From NCBI RefSeq assembly GCF_009914755.1, contig NC_060930.1: a stretch of DNA of 64,000 bases; one strand, given 5' to 3'. Shown here piece by piece: positions 1 to 15,045 of this stretch. The notes under the pieces are model-generated. The model made no database searches. It saw only the letters and a list, made by a program, of their open reading frames with translations, and was not told the DNA's origin. Source of the stretch: the human T2T-CHM13v2.0 reference genome, Homo sapiens. Position numbers and translations under genes: made by a program. Each line of letters opens with the position of its first letter. Positions within the stretch are counted from its first letter, which is position 1.

Positions 1-31
1 ACACACACACACCCACACACACACACACACA
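1..31. repeat. (CA)n microsatellite
   Basis: Direct reading. Confidence 0.95.
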
Positions 32-551
32 GAAAATGGATCTGTGCGTAGGTCGGGGTATGGAGAAGCAGAGCAGAATGAATCTTGAAGACAGACTGGA
101 TTCAACCAGACAGAAGGGAAGTGGCTGAGTCAAACATGCTTAGTTGCATCTGTCAGATTTACCAATCTGATAAATTCCTCTTCCTTTCTCAAAACTGAAT
201 GACAGAGTTGAGAAAAACTAGAAACATTGTTCCCAGACATTTCCTCCCTGGTGAATGTAATAAAAATGCTTGTACTCTGTGAAAAATGCACATTAGAGAA
301 TCAGTGTTCCCTCCTCCCTCATCAAAGTTCAAATCTGAATAGTGGAGTTCTACCAAGAAAGAATTTTAAAGATAGGGCAGGAAATTAGCAAAGAAATTCA
401 CAGTAAAAAAATATTCCCAAACTAAGGACAAACTAAGGACCTGGTGAGTGGCCAGGTATTCAGCACAATGAAAGGCAAAAGACTAACGTCTAGTTGTGTT
501 ATTCTTGAATTTTCAGACTAATCAGGATAAGATCCCAAAGACTTCCAGAAG

Positions 552-553
<2 letters not shown>

Positions 554-583
<30 letters not shown>
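554..583. repeat. (TG)n microsatellite
   Basis: Direct reading. Confidence 0.95.
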
Positions 584-588
<5 letters not shown>

Positions 589-1539
589 AAAATTATATTG
601 GACTAGCAGCAACACTAGATGTTAAAAGGTAAGGGGTAATGATTGAAAAATTCTGAAGAAAAATAATTTCCAACCTAGAATTCTATCTGCAAAAAATCAA
701 TCAAATTAGAATAAGACATTTTTGGGTAGTTTTTATTTTCCAGAAACAGCTTCTTAGGAAGCTATTAGAGACACCAGCTTGGGGACACCAGCTGGGTAGC
801 TGGACAAATTGACATAGAGGTGTCTGGAAGAAGCGGGAATCCAGCCTATGATAAATAAATCCTCAAGCTAATCCTCATATGCCAAGCTTAGAATTTATCA
901 CTTTTTAGGAGGTCTTTCTTGATTAAATTGTCTATTTCAATCAATCTTCACATATAGGCTCCTTTCTGTTTATTGCATTTCTAATCTCCCAGCATCTCAG
1001 ATTAAAGCTTCGATTACTTTTAACTCCTTCATCTGTCTTATACCCATGACTTGTCCTTGATTTCCACTGCCACAATCCTCTCTCCAGTAGCCTTCCAGAT
1101 GACCCCTCAACTTCCAACTCTTCTAATCTTTAACCCCTCATTATCCTGCCATAATATTTTTATTATGAATCTCTTTGCTAATTTTCTGCCCTATTTTTTT
1201 TATTCTTTCTTGCTGGAACTCCACTATTCAGAGGTTATGTGTCACCAAAATAAGGGATTAAGTAGAAAAAGAGGAAAACATACAAGAAACAGAAAACCCA
1301 CACAAGAGGATGACAGGAACTTCCAAGGCAATGGTGAAGGCAGGGCTCTGGATACTGCTAGAAAACAACCAGGATTGAACAGGCACCAGGAGCCATGTCT
1401 CCAAGAAAAGAGTAAGAATGAAATTGGTAACATCTGTCACACTTAGTATGACACAACTCACTGAGAGGAGATTTTTAGGTAACTATAGGTCATTACATGA
1501 TTCCACCATGGCTAATGTTTATGCATTTTGAAAGTGTAG

Positions 1540-1842
<303 letters not shown>

Positions 1843-2048
1843 TGTAAACCTTGAATGCTGATCTAGCCCAAAGTGTGATATGTGAGTATCTGAAAGGTGA
1901 GGCATACGTTTTTCTCTTTTGCTCACTTGCTTGCTCTCTGTTATTAAGGGTTAAAAAGATCTTATTTTCTTATGATAAGTAAGAAATAATATTTAAAACT
2001 GAAAAATTCAAATAGAGTAAAGCTCATTATTAGAAAAATGGGCAAATA

Positions 2049-2400
2049 GGTCAGGCATGGTGGCTCATGCCTGTAATCCCAGCATTTTGGGAGGCCAAGG
2101 TGCCGGATCACTTGAGGTCAGGAGTTTAAGACCAGCCTGGGCAACATGGCAAAACTCCATCTCTACAAAAAATACAAAAAAAAAAAAAAAAAAAGAAAGA
2201 AAAATAGCTGGGCGTGGTGGCGGGCGCCTGTAATCTCACCTACTTGGGAGGCTGAGGTGGGAGAATCGCTTTAACTGGGGAGGTGGAGTTTGCAGTGAGT
2301 TGAGATGGTGCCACTGTATTCCAGCCTGGGCGACAGAGTGAGACTCTGTCTTTAAAAAAAAAAAGAAAAGAAAAGAAAATAAAAGAAAAAGAAAAAAAAA
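2049..2400 (+). mobile_element. AluS with expanded central A-linker
   Basis: Perfect TSD GAAAAATGGGCAAATA (2033-2048 / 2405-2420). Confidence 0.93.
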
Positions 2401-4581
2401 CAATGAAAAATGGGCAAATAGAAGAAAACATTGAAATATTAAGAGCCTGTTGCTTCAGGAGAACAGGAATTGAGGGTGAGGAGTGATGAGGAAGACAACT
2501 GCTATTTCACATTGCAAACTCATAGTATTATTTTACTTTTTAACCTTGAACATATATGTATTTAATAAAAATAAAAAATAAAGAATAGAAGGTATCTTAA
2601 TATTTATAAATGATTATGAAGAACATTAGAGGGATATGCATTGTTTGAAAGGTGAAAAACACACATCATTGATTATTGCAGCACAGCATGCATAAAGTGG
2701 TGTAATGGCAAATCAGGCTGTAAAAGTAACTTGGATTCAGGATATGGAAATCTTAAATACTAGGTTAAGAAGTCTGATCAAACAAAGATTTTTTAGGAGG
2801 GATGTGCAATGATTGGAGCAGCACTTTAGAACATTTCTTATGGCGACAAAATGGGGAATTAAAAAAGAGCCTGGTACTTGCAGATGTTTTCTTGTGGAAA
2901 AATAAATAAATAAATAAATAAAAGCCACGAAGTTAGGAGGTCATCTGGAAGTCTGGAAGGCTACTGGAGAGAGGCTGAGAGGATCAGCTGTTTAGTGACA
3001 GTGGAAATCAAGAACAAGGCATGGGTATAAAAGGAAAGAGTTAAAAGAAACTGAAGCTTTCATCTGAGATGCTGGGAGATTAGAAATGCAATTAACAGAA
3101 AGGGGCCCCTATGTGTGGACTGATTGAAATAGATGATTTAATTAAGAAAGACCTCCTAAACATGGTAAATTTTAAGCTTGGCTTGTAAGGATTAGCTTGA
3201 GGATTTATTCATCCTAGGCTGGATTCCTGCCTCTTCCAGTCACCTCTAGGTCAATTTGACCAGCCACTCATCTGCAAAATGTCATACAACTACCTGAATT
3301 CATGGCTAGGAATGGTTTGTTGCCGCTGGTGAATGACCAAGGGCAGGGACCAGGACAAATATAGAGGCAGAGGCAGTGGCAAAGGAATATGCCTCCACAA
3401 ACAGAGAAGACAATAAGCTACATTTGACAGAAAGTAAATGCATTAACATATAGAATGGCAGAGGAGAAAAGCAAAACAAGATCCTTCCCGCTCAAAAATA
3501 TTCTCCATATTTTGCTTATTATTCATTGTTTATATTGTTTGATTCTCAGATTGACCTTCAGAGTGTTGGCTTTTAGAGAATTGATGTTTAGTGACTTGAC
3601 TTGCTCTCTCATGCCTTCCTTTTTCCTAGACAACTGGATCTTTTGGACATAACTTGGGATTGAGATGAACAAGTGACAGTCATTGATTTGGCATAATGCT
3701 TCACTGAGGCATCTTACCTTTGCTGATTTTATCCAGCATTCAGAACCTTCATTTTCTCTCTCAAAATAAAATAAAATAAAATAAAACTAAATCCAAGGCT
3801 ATTTAGGCTGGTGTGAGTAGAAAGAGACATCACTAGAGCATACCTCTTCCATTTGAGCTTGTATTAAGCAGGCATTGTCGGCTATTGAAGTCTAGATAGG
3901 AGAAAAGTCTCAGGAGAAAGTCCTGAGAGATGGGAGCAGGTACGATCAGGCCAAGGCTTAAATAAGAGCCACAAAAGGTCTTAATACAGCAGGTAGGGTG
4001 AATGTAATTCTGAAGGCAGAGAACATTCTCTCACTCCAAGTCTGATTAAAGGCAGTTAAAACCAGTTCTTACCCAGTATATAAGTGATCCCTTAGAGACT
4101 GTCACTGTGAGTGAATCTCCCTGGAGAAACATTTAACCCAGTCTTGAATTTACCATTTTGGTTATGATTATAGATTGCATCAGTTTTTCCACTCATTAAT
4201 CTCATCTTAATAGCAAGGGAAGGCAGATTTGCCCCATCAATTTTCAGAAAGCAAATAAATATTGTGTTAATAATAATAATGATAATAATAGCTTAATATA
4301 TCCTAGACACTTTACATGAATTATGTAATGCTTTCTAACAACTCCTTGAGGTGGACACTATTAATTGTCTTTTTCATTGAGGTATTTGAAACTTAAAGAA
4401 GGTAAGTAATTTGTCCAAGGTTTGCAAGGCTCACACATTTCCAGAATTCAAACACTGAGTGCTTTGCACACGTTATGAGTAAACAATTGTTTTTCTTATG
4501 TCTATAGTATTTGGGGTATGTGCTTATTTGGTCTTTTCAATCATATTAAAAGCTTCTTGAGGACAAGATTCATGTTCTTTT

Positions 4582-4875
<294 letters not shown>

Positions 4876-5554
4876 GATTCATGATCTTTTTCAACTGGCT
4901 TATGCACAATGCCAATCAAATTAAGGTCCTACTTTTATTTCTTAAGCAGGCTGGTTTAATTTTAACTCATTCCATCACATGAAGAATATCTCAAAGTGAA
5001 TCACTCCTTTGGACAAGGTAGAACAGAAGCAATTTAAACAGTGCTTTAAAGGCCAAATCCTTGTTTAATTGACAATACTTTTACCTCAACATTTTTCATC
5101 CACAAAGCTCCCTTTCTAAGTTGCCCTTCAGAAGCTGTTAGATGCTGTCACTAAGTTGTTCAGAGCTATGTCACACAGTTCCCCCTTCTTCCTACTTGTA
5201 AATCTAAACAATCAAGATGAACGGAGTATGAATCCAAAACAGAAGCAGATATACACAGCCCAAGAGATAGACAAGATGCATATACAGCTTGTTCGTATGG
5301 CCTGTTCATTCTTCATGGAGAACCTCCTACATAGATATCTAACATTTTATTTTCTATTTAACTTCTCCAATACTAAAATGGCTAAATAGCTGTTTATTAG
5401 GCTGCTAACTTCTCCTCACAGAAAATGGAAAGTTAACTCAGGTTTCCTAACCCACAGGGCTAAGGTTTGAGAGCAGTCTAAATAGCTTAATTTTGTTTAG
5501 CTGTGTGGCCAGAAACTTCACTCTTGACTCTAGTAAAATAGCAGGCTTTATACG

Positions 5555-5660
5555 GGTGGCTCACACTTGTAATCCCAGCACTTTGGGAAGTCGAGGTGGG
5601 AGTTTGAGACCAACGTTGACAACATAGCAAAACCCCATCTCTAAACGCAATTAAAAAATA
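5555..5660 (+). mobile_element. Degenerate Alu left monomer (FLAM-like)
   Basis: ggtggctcacacttgtaatcccagcactttggga...accccatctcta. Confidence 0.7.
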
Positions 5661-5918
5661 CACTAAACATAAAAGTCACAAATTCTGACTGGTGAAATAC
5701 AGAGCGCTACGGAAGCAGTCATATTTCAGAAAAAAACCTATAACATGCCAGGGCTTTCCATGTTCTGGGAATACAATAAACAAAAACAAGTTCCTATCCT
5801 CAGAGGTATTTTGCTGAGAGTTGTTTTCCTGGGAAAAATATCATTTATCTAATACTAAAGAATATGAACGAAGTACATAACAGCAGAGCATATGTGAAGG
5901 TATGAGGTGGAATGCTAT

Positions 5919-7343
5919 TGGGTCTGGAATTTTAAGAGTTCTTGGTCTCACTGACTTCAAGAAGGAAGCCACAGACCCTCATGGTGAGTGTTACACCTCC
6001 TAAGGTGGCACATCTGGAGTTTGTTCCTTCTTATACTCAAATGTGTCCAGAGTTTCTTTCTGGTGGGTTTGTGGTCTTGCTGGTTCAGGAGTGAAGCTGC
6101 AGACCTTCGCGGTGAGTGTTACAGCTCTTAAGGCTGCGCATTGGGCGTTGTTTGTTCCTCCTGGTGGGCTCGTGGTCTCACTGGCTTCAGGAGTGAACTT
6201 GCAGACCTTCCCCGTGAGTGTTACAGCTCATAAAGATAGTGTGGACTCAAGAAACGAACAACAAGATTTATCGCAAAAAACAAAACAACAAGACTCCCAC
6301 GTAGCGGAAGGAGACCTGAGCGGGTTGCCACTGTTGGCTCGGGCAGCCTGCTTTTATTGTCTTATCTGGCTCCACCCACATCCTGCTGATTGGTAGAGCC
6401 GAGTGGTCTGTTTTGACAGGGCGCTGATTGGTGCGTTTACAATCCCTGAGCTAGACACAAAGGTTCTCCATGTCCCCACTTAGATTAGCTAGATACAGAG
6501 TATTCACACAAAGGTTCTCCAAGGCCCCACCAGAGTAGCTAGATACAGAGTGTCGATTGGTGCATTCACAAACCCTGAGCTAGACACAGGGTGCTGATTG
6601 GTGTGTTTACAAACCTTGAGCTAGATACAGAGTGCCGATTGGTGTATTTACAATCCCTGAGCTAGACATAAAGGTTCTCCACGTCCCCACCAGACTCAGG
6701 AGTCCAACTGGCTTCACCCAGTGGATCCCGCACTGGGGCTGCAGGTGGAGTTGCCTGCCAGTCCCGCGCCATGCGCTCGCACTTCTCAGCCTTTGGGTGA
6801 TGGATGGGACTGGGCGCCGTGGAGCAGCGGGCGGCGCTCGTCGGGGAGGCTCGGGCTGCACAGGAGCCCACGGAGGCGGGGGAAGGCTCAGGCATGGCGG
6901 GCTGCAGTCCCGAGGCCTGTCCCGCGGGAAGGCAGCTAAGGCCCGGCGAGAAATCGAGCGCAGCACCGGTGAGCTGGCACTGCTGGGGAACCCAGTACAC
7001 CCTCCGCAGCCGCTGGCCCGGGTGCTAAGTCCCTCATTGTCCGGGGCCGGCAGGGCCGGCCGGTTGCTCCGAGTGCGGGGCCCGCCAAGCCCACGTCTCC
7101 CCGGAACTCCAGCTGGCCCGCAAGCGCCGCACGCAGCCCCGGTTCCCGCTCACGCCTCTCCCTCCACACCTCCCTGCAAGCTGAGGGAGTGGGCTCCGGC
7201 CTTGGCCAGCCCCGAAAGGGGCTCCCACAGTGCAGCGGTGGGCTGAAGGGCTCGTCAAGTGCCGCCAAAGTGGGAGCCCAGGCAGAGGCGGCGCCGAGAG
7301 CGAGCGAGGGCTCTGAGGACTGCCAGCACGCTGTCACCTCTCA
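5919..7343 (-). mobile_element. Solo ERV9 LTR (LTR12C-like)
   Basis: TG...CA ends; 4-bp TSD CTAT (5915-5918 / 7344-7347); CpG-rich U3, repeated GATTGGTG (CCAAT) enhancer units and U5 repeats typical of LTR12. Confidence 0.93.
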
Positions 7344-8081
7344 CTATATCTGGTTGAAGTGACTGCTATGAGCTTGTGAGCTCGTTTCAGAGACTTGACT
7401 GGATCAAGCAGGAGAGGAGCTCAGAATAAGTGATTTGAAGAGGAAACACTATAGACACTAACTCTGGAAGACAAGCAGATTTCTTCTGTGATACTTGGAA
7501 TGAGTGATATGATTGTCCACATTAAAACAGTAGAAAATAATCCTGCCTTTTAAAAACATACACTTAAATATGTTGATTAGGAAGAAAGAGTACTTTGGTT
7601 AAGTATAAAATAATAGAAGATTTGTGGCAAGATGATTGCTGTAATATACCTGCTGAGTCTTTCTGAATCACTCCATTAAAAAAGCATAACAATTAGGATA
7701 GAAAACCAACCAAACAAAATCCCATCAGCAATATCCTCAACAAAATGAGGTAATTAAGTATTCTCACAAACTGTCAAATATGACTGAGTAGGAACTACTC
7801 ACCAACAAATGCAAGGTACAACAACTGTAAGAGAGGAAATGAGGAGAAAGGAAATGAACGTCTGATGGCCCTCAGAACTGGAAAATCCAGAAATTCGCCT
7901 GCTAAAAGGAGGAGAGGGCTCCACCTAAGAATAGAAGCTCAGCAAATTGATCTAATTACAGTGGCTAAAAGGGAGAGTCTTTACAGGTTCTGATTCATAA
8001 GTAAGTGCAAGGAGCCCAGGTTGTCTGGGCCCTGTGAACCCTTGAAATGAAGGAATTTTCTGTAGTAAAAACCCACACCAT

Positions 8082-8396
<315 letters not shown>

Positions 8397-8749
8397 CTAA
8401 GAACAAAGAAAAAAGACGTAAAAGTAGACCTAAATAAATGGACATTCATTCTATGCTCTTGGATTGGTCATCATAAATATATCACTTTTCTTTATAAATT
8501 AATATAAATTATATTAAATTTATAAATTTAATCCAGTATCAGTAAATAAAAAGTACTACTCATTTAGTCACAGGAACCTAAACAGAGCCCAACTATCTTC
8601 TAGAGTTGGGGAGTTAGCATTCAAGGAAGCCAAAGTAACTAAAATTCACGGGCAAAGTACCAAGGAGAAGAGGGCTACAGAGAGGGAGAGTTCTGAAGAT
8701 CTGCAGAGGTTCTTTGGCAATTAGAAAGACTTTTAGTTGAGTTCTATGT

Positions 8750-9480
8750 CCCTTGACATACCCTCATCATCGTGTTGTTTCTGAGCACTTTCATACTTTC
8801 TGGCACTACAAGATTCTCCAGGCTCATCTTGTATATTTCCTACCCAGTCCTACAATTCACCACTTCTCCAAGGAGCCCTGGTTCCTTTTATTGGAAAACA
8901 GTTTTAGAAACCAAGATCTGGGCAATAGATGTCCTTATTGGTAATGGGATATTGTTGCCTTTAGGCCCTCTCAGCTGACAGACCAACAAAATACATGCAT
9001 GTGTGTTTCATGTGTACATACATAATATGTATACATATTATATACACACAAATATCTATAAATATATATCCATTTGTATCTATATTAAGCTAAATTTGAG
9101 TTCATACTGATATCTCCAATTTTAATCCATTACCACCTGTATCATTCTAGCCTTCTTCCCTTGCTTGTCTATAAAATTTCCCTCCCAAAGTGAGAAGCCT
9201 GGCTCTCACCATCTAGCATTCATTTATTTAGTTGTTCAATTCCAGTACCCATGTAGAGGGGTTTCAGAATTTTTAATCCATACTCCCCTGGTAAACGACT
9301 TAATCAACTAGAGTACAATGTTATATACAGTTCTTTTTGACTTTAGTCTTGCAGACTCTACTATATTTCCAAATTTACTTAGTTCAGCAGCTTTCTACTC
9401 TACTTCCTTCAATGAAGTTGTTTTATAGATTTGTAACACAGGTATATTCTTTTGTCACAGTATGAGTTCCATCCTGGGAT
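8750..9480 (-). mobile_element. L1M (L1MC/MD-like) 3' end
   Basis: ctggcactacaagattctccaggctcatcttgtatatttcc...ccaaggagccctggttccttttattgga motif. Confidence 0.65.
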
Positions 9481-9716
9481 GCTGATAGGAGAATCTTTTT
9501 AATAGGTGATGTATAAGAAAACCGTTTGCTCCCAAGGCCTATTATTTTGGTTACTTTTTCAGCAAGTTCCAGCATATGTCTAGTTTTGGGGCAAATAATT
9601 TGTGATTATCAGTAAGTTTTGAAGTATTGAGACTATCGGATGCAACTTTTAAAATATGTTAGGTCAACTATTCCATAGTATGTAAAATCATTACAACTGT
9701 ATAAGAAAACAGCTGT

Positions 9717-9862
9717 GGCCGGGCGCAGTGTCTCATGCCTGTAATCCCAGCACTTTGGGAGGCCGAGGCGGGTGGATCACGAGGTCAGGAGATTGAGACC
9801 ATCCTGGCTAACACGGTGAGACCCCATCTCTACTAAAAAAACAAAAAAAAGTACAAAAAAAA
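9717..9862 (+). mobile_element. AluY, left arm only
   Basis: ggatcacgaggtcaggagattgagaccatcctggctaacacgg (Y diagnostics); flanked by aagaaaacag(c/t)tg TSD. Confidence 0.85.
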
Positions 9863-11978
9863 GAAAACAGTTGCAAAATCGTGTGGATTGTCTACTGCGT
9901 TTTTGAATAAATAAAAATAATGAAATTGGCCACTATGATCATATGCAGCCAGAATCTATTACATTATGATGTGCTACAATTATTTTCTGAATACACAGTG
10001 TTCCACTGTCAATGACAGTTGTTTGATGTTTTCTTCATTGTTTTTCTATTCTACAAATAATTTATTATCCAGATGTAGTCTTTTGATAGCAGTTTGAGAT
10101 TCAGAAATTTCACAAAAAGCAAATAAAACAGAAGCATAATTCTATCTGTTAAACAGATATGTTGCTAAACTTAGAAATGCTTTGAGGTGTTTCTACATAT
10201 CCAAATACTTGGTGGCCATAATCAAAAGCACACTGAATGCACCAAAATGCATATTTATGAACCAAATTTTTTGTGCATAGCATAATTTAATTCAGAGAAG
10301 AGCTTTTAGGCATGTAATTTAATCATGATGATCCTGATTTTTATTATTGTGTAAATTTCTATATATGTTTGCTACCTCAATTAGAATATATGAGGCTAAC
10401 ATTTTTATGCACTCTCTTAAATATTTTATTTAACTGTTGATCTATTTCCCTAATTATTTTAAAATTCTGTATTGTTTCTGTACATATATGAATAGAAAAA
10501 AAGATAGTTTTTTTTTACTTGCTAGTAGAAGTTAGTAAATTGTTAAGCTTTGGGATTTTTATCATAAAATGAAATAAGAGCTTAAAGTGTGGTTTAAAGA
10601 ACGAAACACTTGGCCCCAAAAAAGTTTGTTCAAATAATAATAATAATGCTGACCCTTATTGAAAGCATTTTTGTTAAAAAGTAATTTATTTGTATTTATT
10701 CTTGAAAACATTCTTATAACAATTCCATTATCATTAAACAAACAAGGGAAGTGAAGCCCAGTGAAGTTATGTAGTTTGCCAAAACTACATAGTTATTAAA
10801 GAGGACAGCTGAGGGATGTACGCAGGCATTCTGATATGACTTCGAATGGATCCCTGTCCAGGGTCGGGATCTAATGAGGGGCAGCATGTAATAGGGTGCA
10901 GCAAAGGTAAAGTTGAAAGTCAATTCACTGTTTAAGGATGTTACCTAGGGTTGTTAGAATAACATGGCGATCAGAGTCATCCTAAGATCACTTCTCATAA
11001 AAGATAAAGGAAAACAAAAAATAGATCTGCTAGTGCCTTATAAGAAGGGCATAGAAATCTTGGTTTCTACTCATACACTCCTCGTCTTCTTTGTTTGCTT
11101 AATTTTTCTCCATAGAATTCACCACAATCTGACATAATATTTATTTTATGTTTTTATCTATTCATTATCTTCCATACTCTTCTAGATAATAAGGTCCATG
11201 AGGGTAAGATTTTTTTGGGGTGGAGGGATGGTGAGGGGTTGGCATTTATTAAACTGCCTTACCCCTGGCACTTGGAGCAGTACCTTGCACATAGAAGGCA
11301 GTCAATACGTCTGTGTTGAATTAACGGTCAAAATAATGAGATATGCAAACACATGCAAATGAAACTAATCAAGTAAGGTTGGCCCTTATTAGCTTTGGAT
11401 GTTTGAAAATTTTCTTTGATTTGCTCTATTCCTTCAGCACTTTTGTTCCAGCCCCAGAGATGCACCAGCCTCTGGCAAATATAGCTTCTAACTGGCTGTC
11501 ACTATAAAGTGTTCCTAGTTCATTTTATAAGAGGGTTAACAGGGTTTTAAAAATTATTTTCCTCCTGTTCTCTTCAAAAGGCAAGTAGGACCCTGCAAAT
11601 ATGCTAATTTCCCATCTGTTTTATGGTAGACTTATTAATTTATGGTAGTATATTAATTTATATGAACTCTTCTGAAATCAGCCAAAGAGCTGGACATTAT
11701 TGGATTCTAGGGATGACATAATCTACATCTACATAGGTTTTGAATCTGTGCATACACAGAGAAGCTCAATAAATATTTGTTGGAAAAAAAGATCTGCTGC
11801 CAGAATTTAATTCAAAACTTCACAAAGTTCTCATTTTCTTCTTTGAGCCTGGGAATTTTGCCTTCACATAACCTATAATTGATTGCATTAGAACTTGCAG
11901 TATAGTGAATACAGTGGAAGATTTAGGTACAGTCGAGGTTAATGAAGAACTGGCTTTCTAGTGAAAATGAAAACCTTA

Positions 11979-12052
11979 AGGCTCTACTGGGATTCGAACC
12001 CAGGATCTCCTGTTTACAAGACAGGCGCTTTAACCAACTAAGCCATAGAGCC
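11979..12052 (-). tRNA. TRT-TGT1-1: tRNA-Thr(TGT)
   Basis: GGCTCTATGGCTTAGTTGGTTAAAGCGCCTGTCT-TGT-AAACAGGAGATCCTGGGTTCGAATCCCAGTAGAGCCT; perfect acceptor stem, intact A and B boxes, TTTT terminators at 11973-11970 and 11967-11964. Confidence 0.96.
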
Positions 12053-12980
12053 TACATGTGCAGTGAAGTTGCCTATTGAATCTATTCCTGCTTTTAAGTA
12101 AAAGATTCTTGGCATAGCGTCTCTACAGTCTGCAACAGTTTGCCGTGAGAGAAGGGGCAAACTCCAAAAATACGTTTTGCTTACTTAGATGCACTGCGGA
12201 ACTAATACAAACGAAAAAATTTTCGGGCAGCTTAAATGTTAGGACCATTAATGCTTCAGCTAGTCCAAGGATAACCACAAGTAAAAGTCAAGGCTACTTA
12301 GTTTGTCCAAATGTGATAAAGTTTCCTAAAATTAAATTTTGCAGGTGCTACTCTTTATCATTTTAATGATTCGTCGTTCCAATGTCCTAAGGGAAAACCT
12401 CTAACAAAAGAAGTCCACAAGAGACTCGTAGGCTACCGAGTTGGGCGTATGGTGTTCTGACAGTCATTTGCACTCAGGAGGCAGCTATTTGGAGGACCGG
12501 AGCGTCAACCCCTTCCCAATGTGAGCATCGCTCTAGAGATTGTCTTCTGGGCTTATTTTTCTTTAGACTTGATCTCAGCTCGCTCTCAGGACCAGTCAGG
12601 TTCTATTTTATAATATCTTACTTCTCTGGGCTGCACTTGGCAAGACAGGGGAATCGGTTTGAATGTGTCTCTGGGTTAGGAAAGGTTAATACATTTAGAG
12701 CTGATTAAAGGAAACTTCCGAACGTTCTCTGGAATCTCAGTCTTGTTTCCAAAATGAATTATTTGAGCAATTAATTCTGAAGTTTCTACCAAGATTTATA
12801 ATTACAGAGCTCAGGGCGAAAATCAGAAATCACCTTCATTTCTTTGCCACAAAAGCAATAAGGAAAATTATCCTGGGATTTAGATGGGAATTCCTTTGGA
12901 TTGCTAGATAAATTTTAGGGAGAACTGATAAACTTTTAATCCATACATATGGCATAACATTCAATTTATTCTTTTATTAA

Positions 12981-13379
<399 letters not shown>

Positions 13380-13521
13380 TCATTTTTATATTTACCCTGC
13401 ATAAAGACACCTTATTAAATTTAGTTATTAATTCTAATAGTTTGTAGATTTTGAATCTTCCACAGACACAATTTTAATAAAGGATTACATTTATTAGATT
13501 TTAAAAATAAAGGAAATCACC

Positions 13522-14411
13522 TTCATTTCTATCTATGCCTGAAATGAGGTTGACAGCAGACACAATAAAATCTGTTGTCACCAGTCAGTGCAACTAATTT
13601 AATAATAAAAGCTTAAATTAGTTACAACTTTGTATTACTTTTAGAAAATTAAAAATAACAAATATTTGTATTTATAAAAACATTAACAGGGATTGCTAAT
13701 ATGTTTGAGGCTGACTCTGCTGCTTCATAAATAGAATAGTAAACAACAGACATACTGAATTCCCACACTTGAATCTTCTGTCAATGTATGCCTTGAGTAA
13801 ATGACATGCTCAGGTATTATGAGAGAGTGAACAAACCATTGTTAGGCCACCAAAATAGTTTTTTTTCTCCAATGGAAACACTCAAAAGTTGAGAGAAAAA
13901 AATGGTTAAGACTGTAATCATTGGCAACTTAAATCAATAGAAATAGGCAGATTATTCAAAACATGTGTTGGGCTAATTGGACAGCCACTTAGGAAAAGAA
14001 AAGCTTAAAGCTATGAGACTAAAATAAATTCCAAATACAAGCAAATTGTAAAAGTAAAGAATGAAACAAACCCACAGTTATAATTACTAGAAATTCCAAG
14101 ACAGAAATTTTATATAACTTTGGTACAGAAAACTAATTTTTTACACAAAATTCAGAGACAATGAGAGTTTAACATAATTCACTGCATTAAACAACATTTA
14201 AAAAATTCCACTGGGATGTACCCTCATCCCCTCAAAAAAGGCATAAACACAGTGACAAAACATCAAGTAAAACTGGGGGGGAAAATATTTGTAACTTATG
14301 TTTTAAAGAGTTAATTTTATTCATTTCTATCTGTTGCCTGAGATAAGGTTGATAGCAGACACAATAAAATCTGTTGTTCCCAGTTGGTGCAACCAATTTA
14401 ATAATAAAAGC
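13522..14411 (+). repeat. ~90-bp dispersed direct repeat (copies at 13522-13612 and 14320-14411)
   Basis: ttcatttctatct..tgcctga.at.aggttga.agcagacacaataaaatctgttgt..ccagt..gtgcaac.aatttaataataaaagc in both copies. Confidence 0.9.
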
Positions 14412-14559
14412 AATATAGAAGTAAGAAGTAAAAGAAGTTTAAAAAATGAAACTATAGAAATACAGTGAGATAATGTCTTTAACATATCAGATTGGCAAAC
14501 AACAGCAAAACAAAAACAGTTGTTTGTGGTAGTGTGCCGAATAGCACTTAAAGATGTTG

Positions 14560-15045
14560 AATTAGTTTTCTGTAGCTTCTGTAACAAATTACAGTACCAC
14601 AAACTTGATGGCCTAAAATAAGTGACTTCTTTTCTCACAGTTCTGGAGGCCAAAAGTCCAAACTCAGTATCACTGGTTTGAAATCAAGGTGTTGGCAGGG
14701 CTATGCTCCCTCCGGAGGCTCTAGGGAAGAATATGTCCTTACCTTTTCCCAGCCTCTGGTGGCTGCTCGCATTCCTTGGCTGGTGGTGGCATTGCTTCTA
14801 TCTGTGTCCGTGTGGTCACATTGTCTTCTTCTCTTCTGTAACTGTATAATCTCCCTGTGCCTCTCCCTATTAAAGGCACTTGTGATGGTATTTGAGCTCC
14901 ACTTGGATAATCCAGGATAATTTCTTCATCTTTAACTTTTCTCCGAAGACCCCCCTTTTGGGGGTCTGTGCAAAGTAAGGTAATATTCAGAGATTCCAAG
15001 AATTAGAGCATGGATATCTTTTGGGGCATTTTTCATTCAATCACA
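14560..15045 (-). mobile_element. MLT1 (MaLR) LTR
   Basis: ctcacagttctggaggccaaaagtcc...ggttggcagggctatgctccctccggaggctctagggaagaa motif. Confidence 0.75.

Noticed and set aside
1051-1446. 131-aa ORF
   Set aside because: TTG start, low-complexity composition, no recognisable domain or splice context
6043-7337. Cluster of long overlapping ORFs (up to 204 aa)
   Set aside because: All lie within the GC-rich LTR12; stop-poor by composition with no protein motifs
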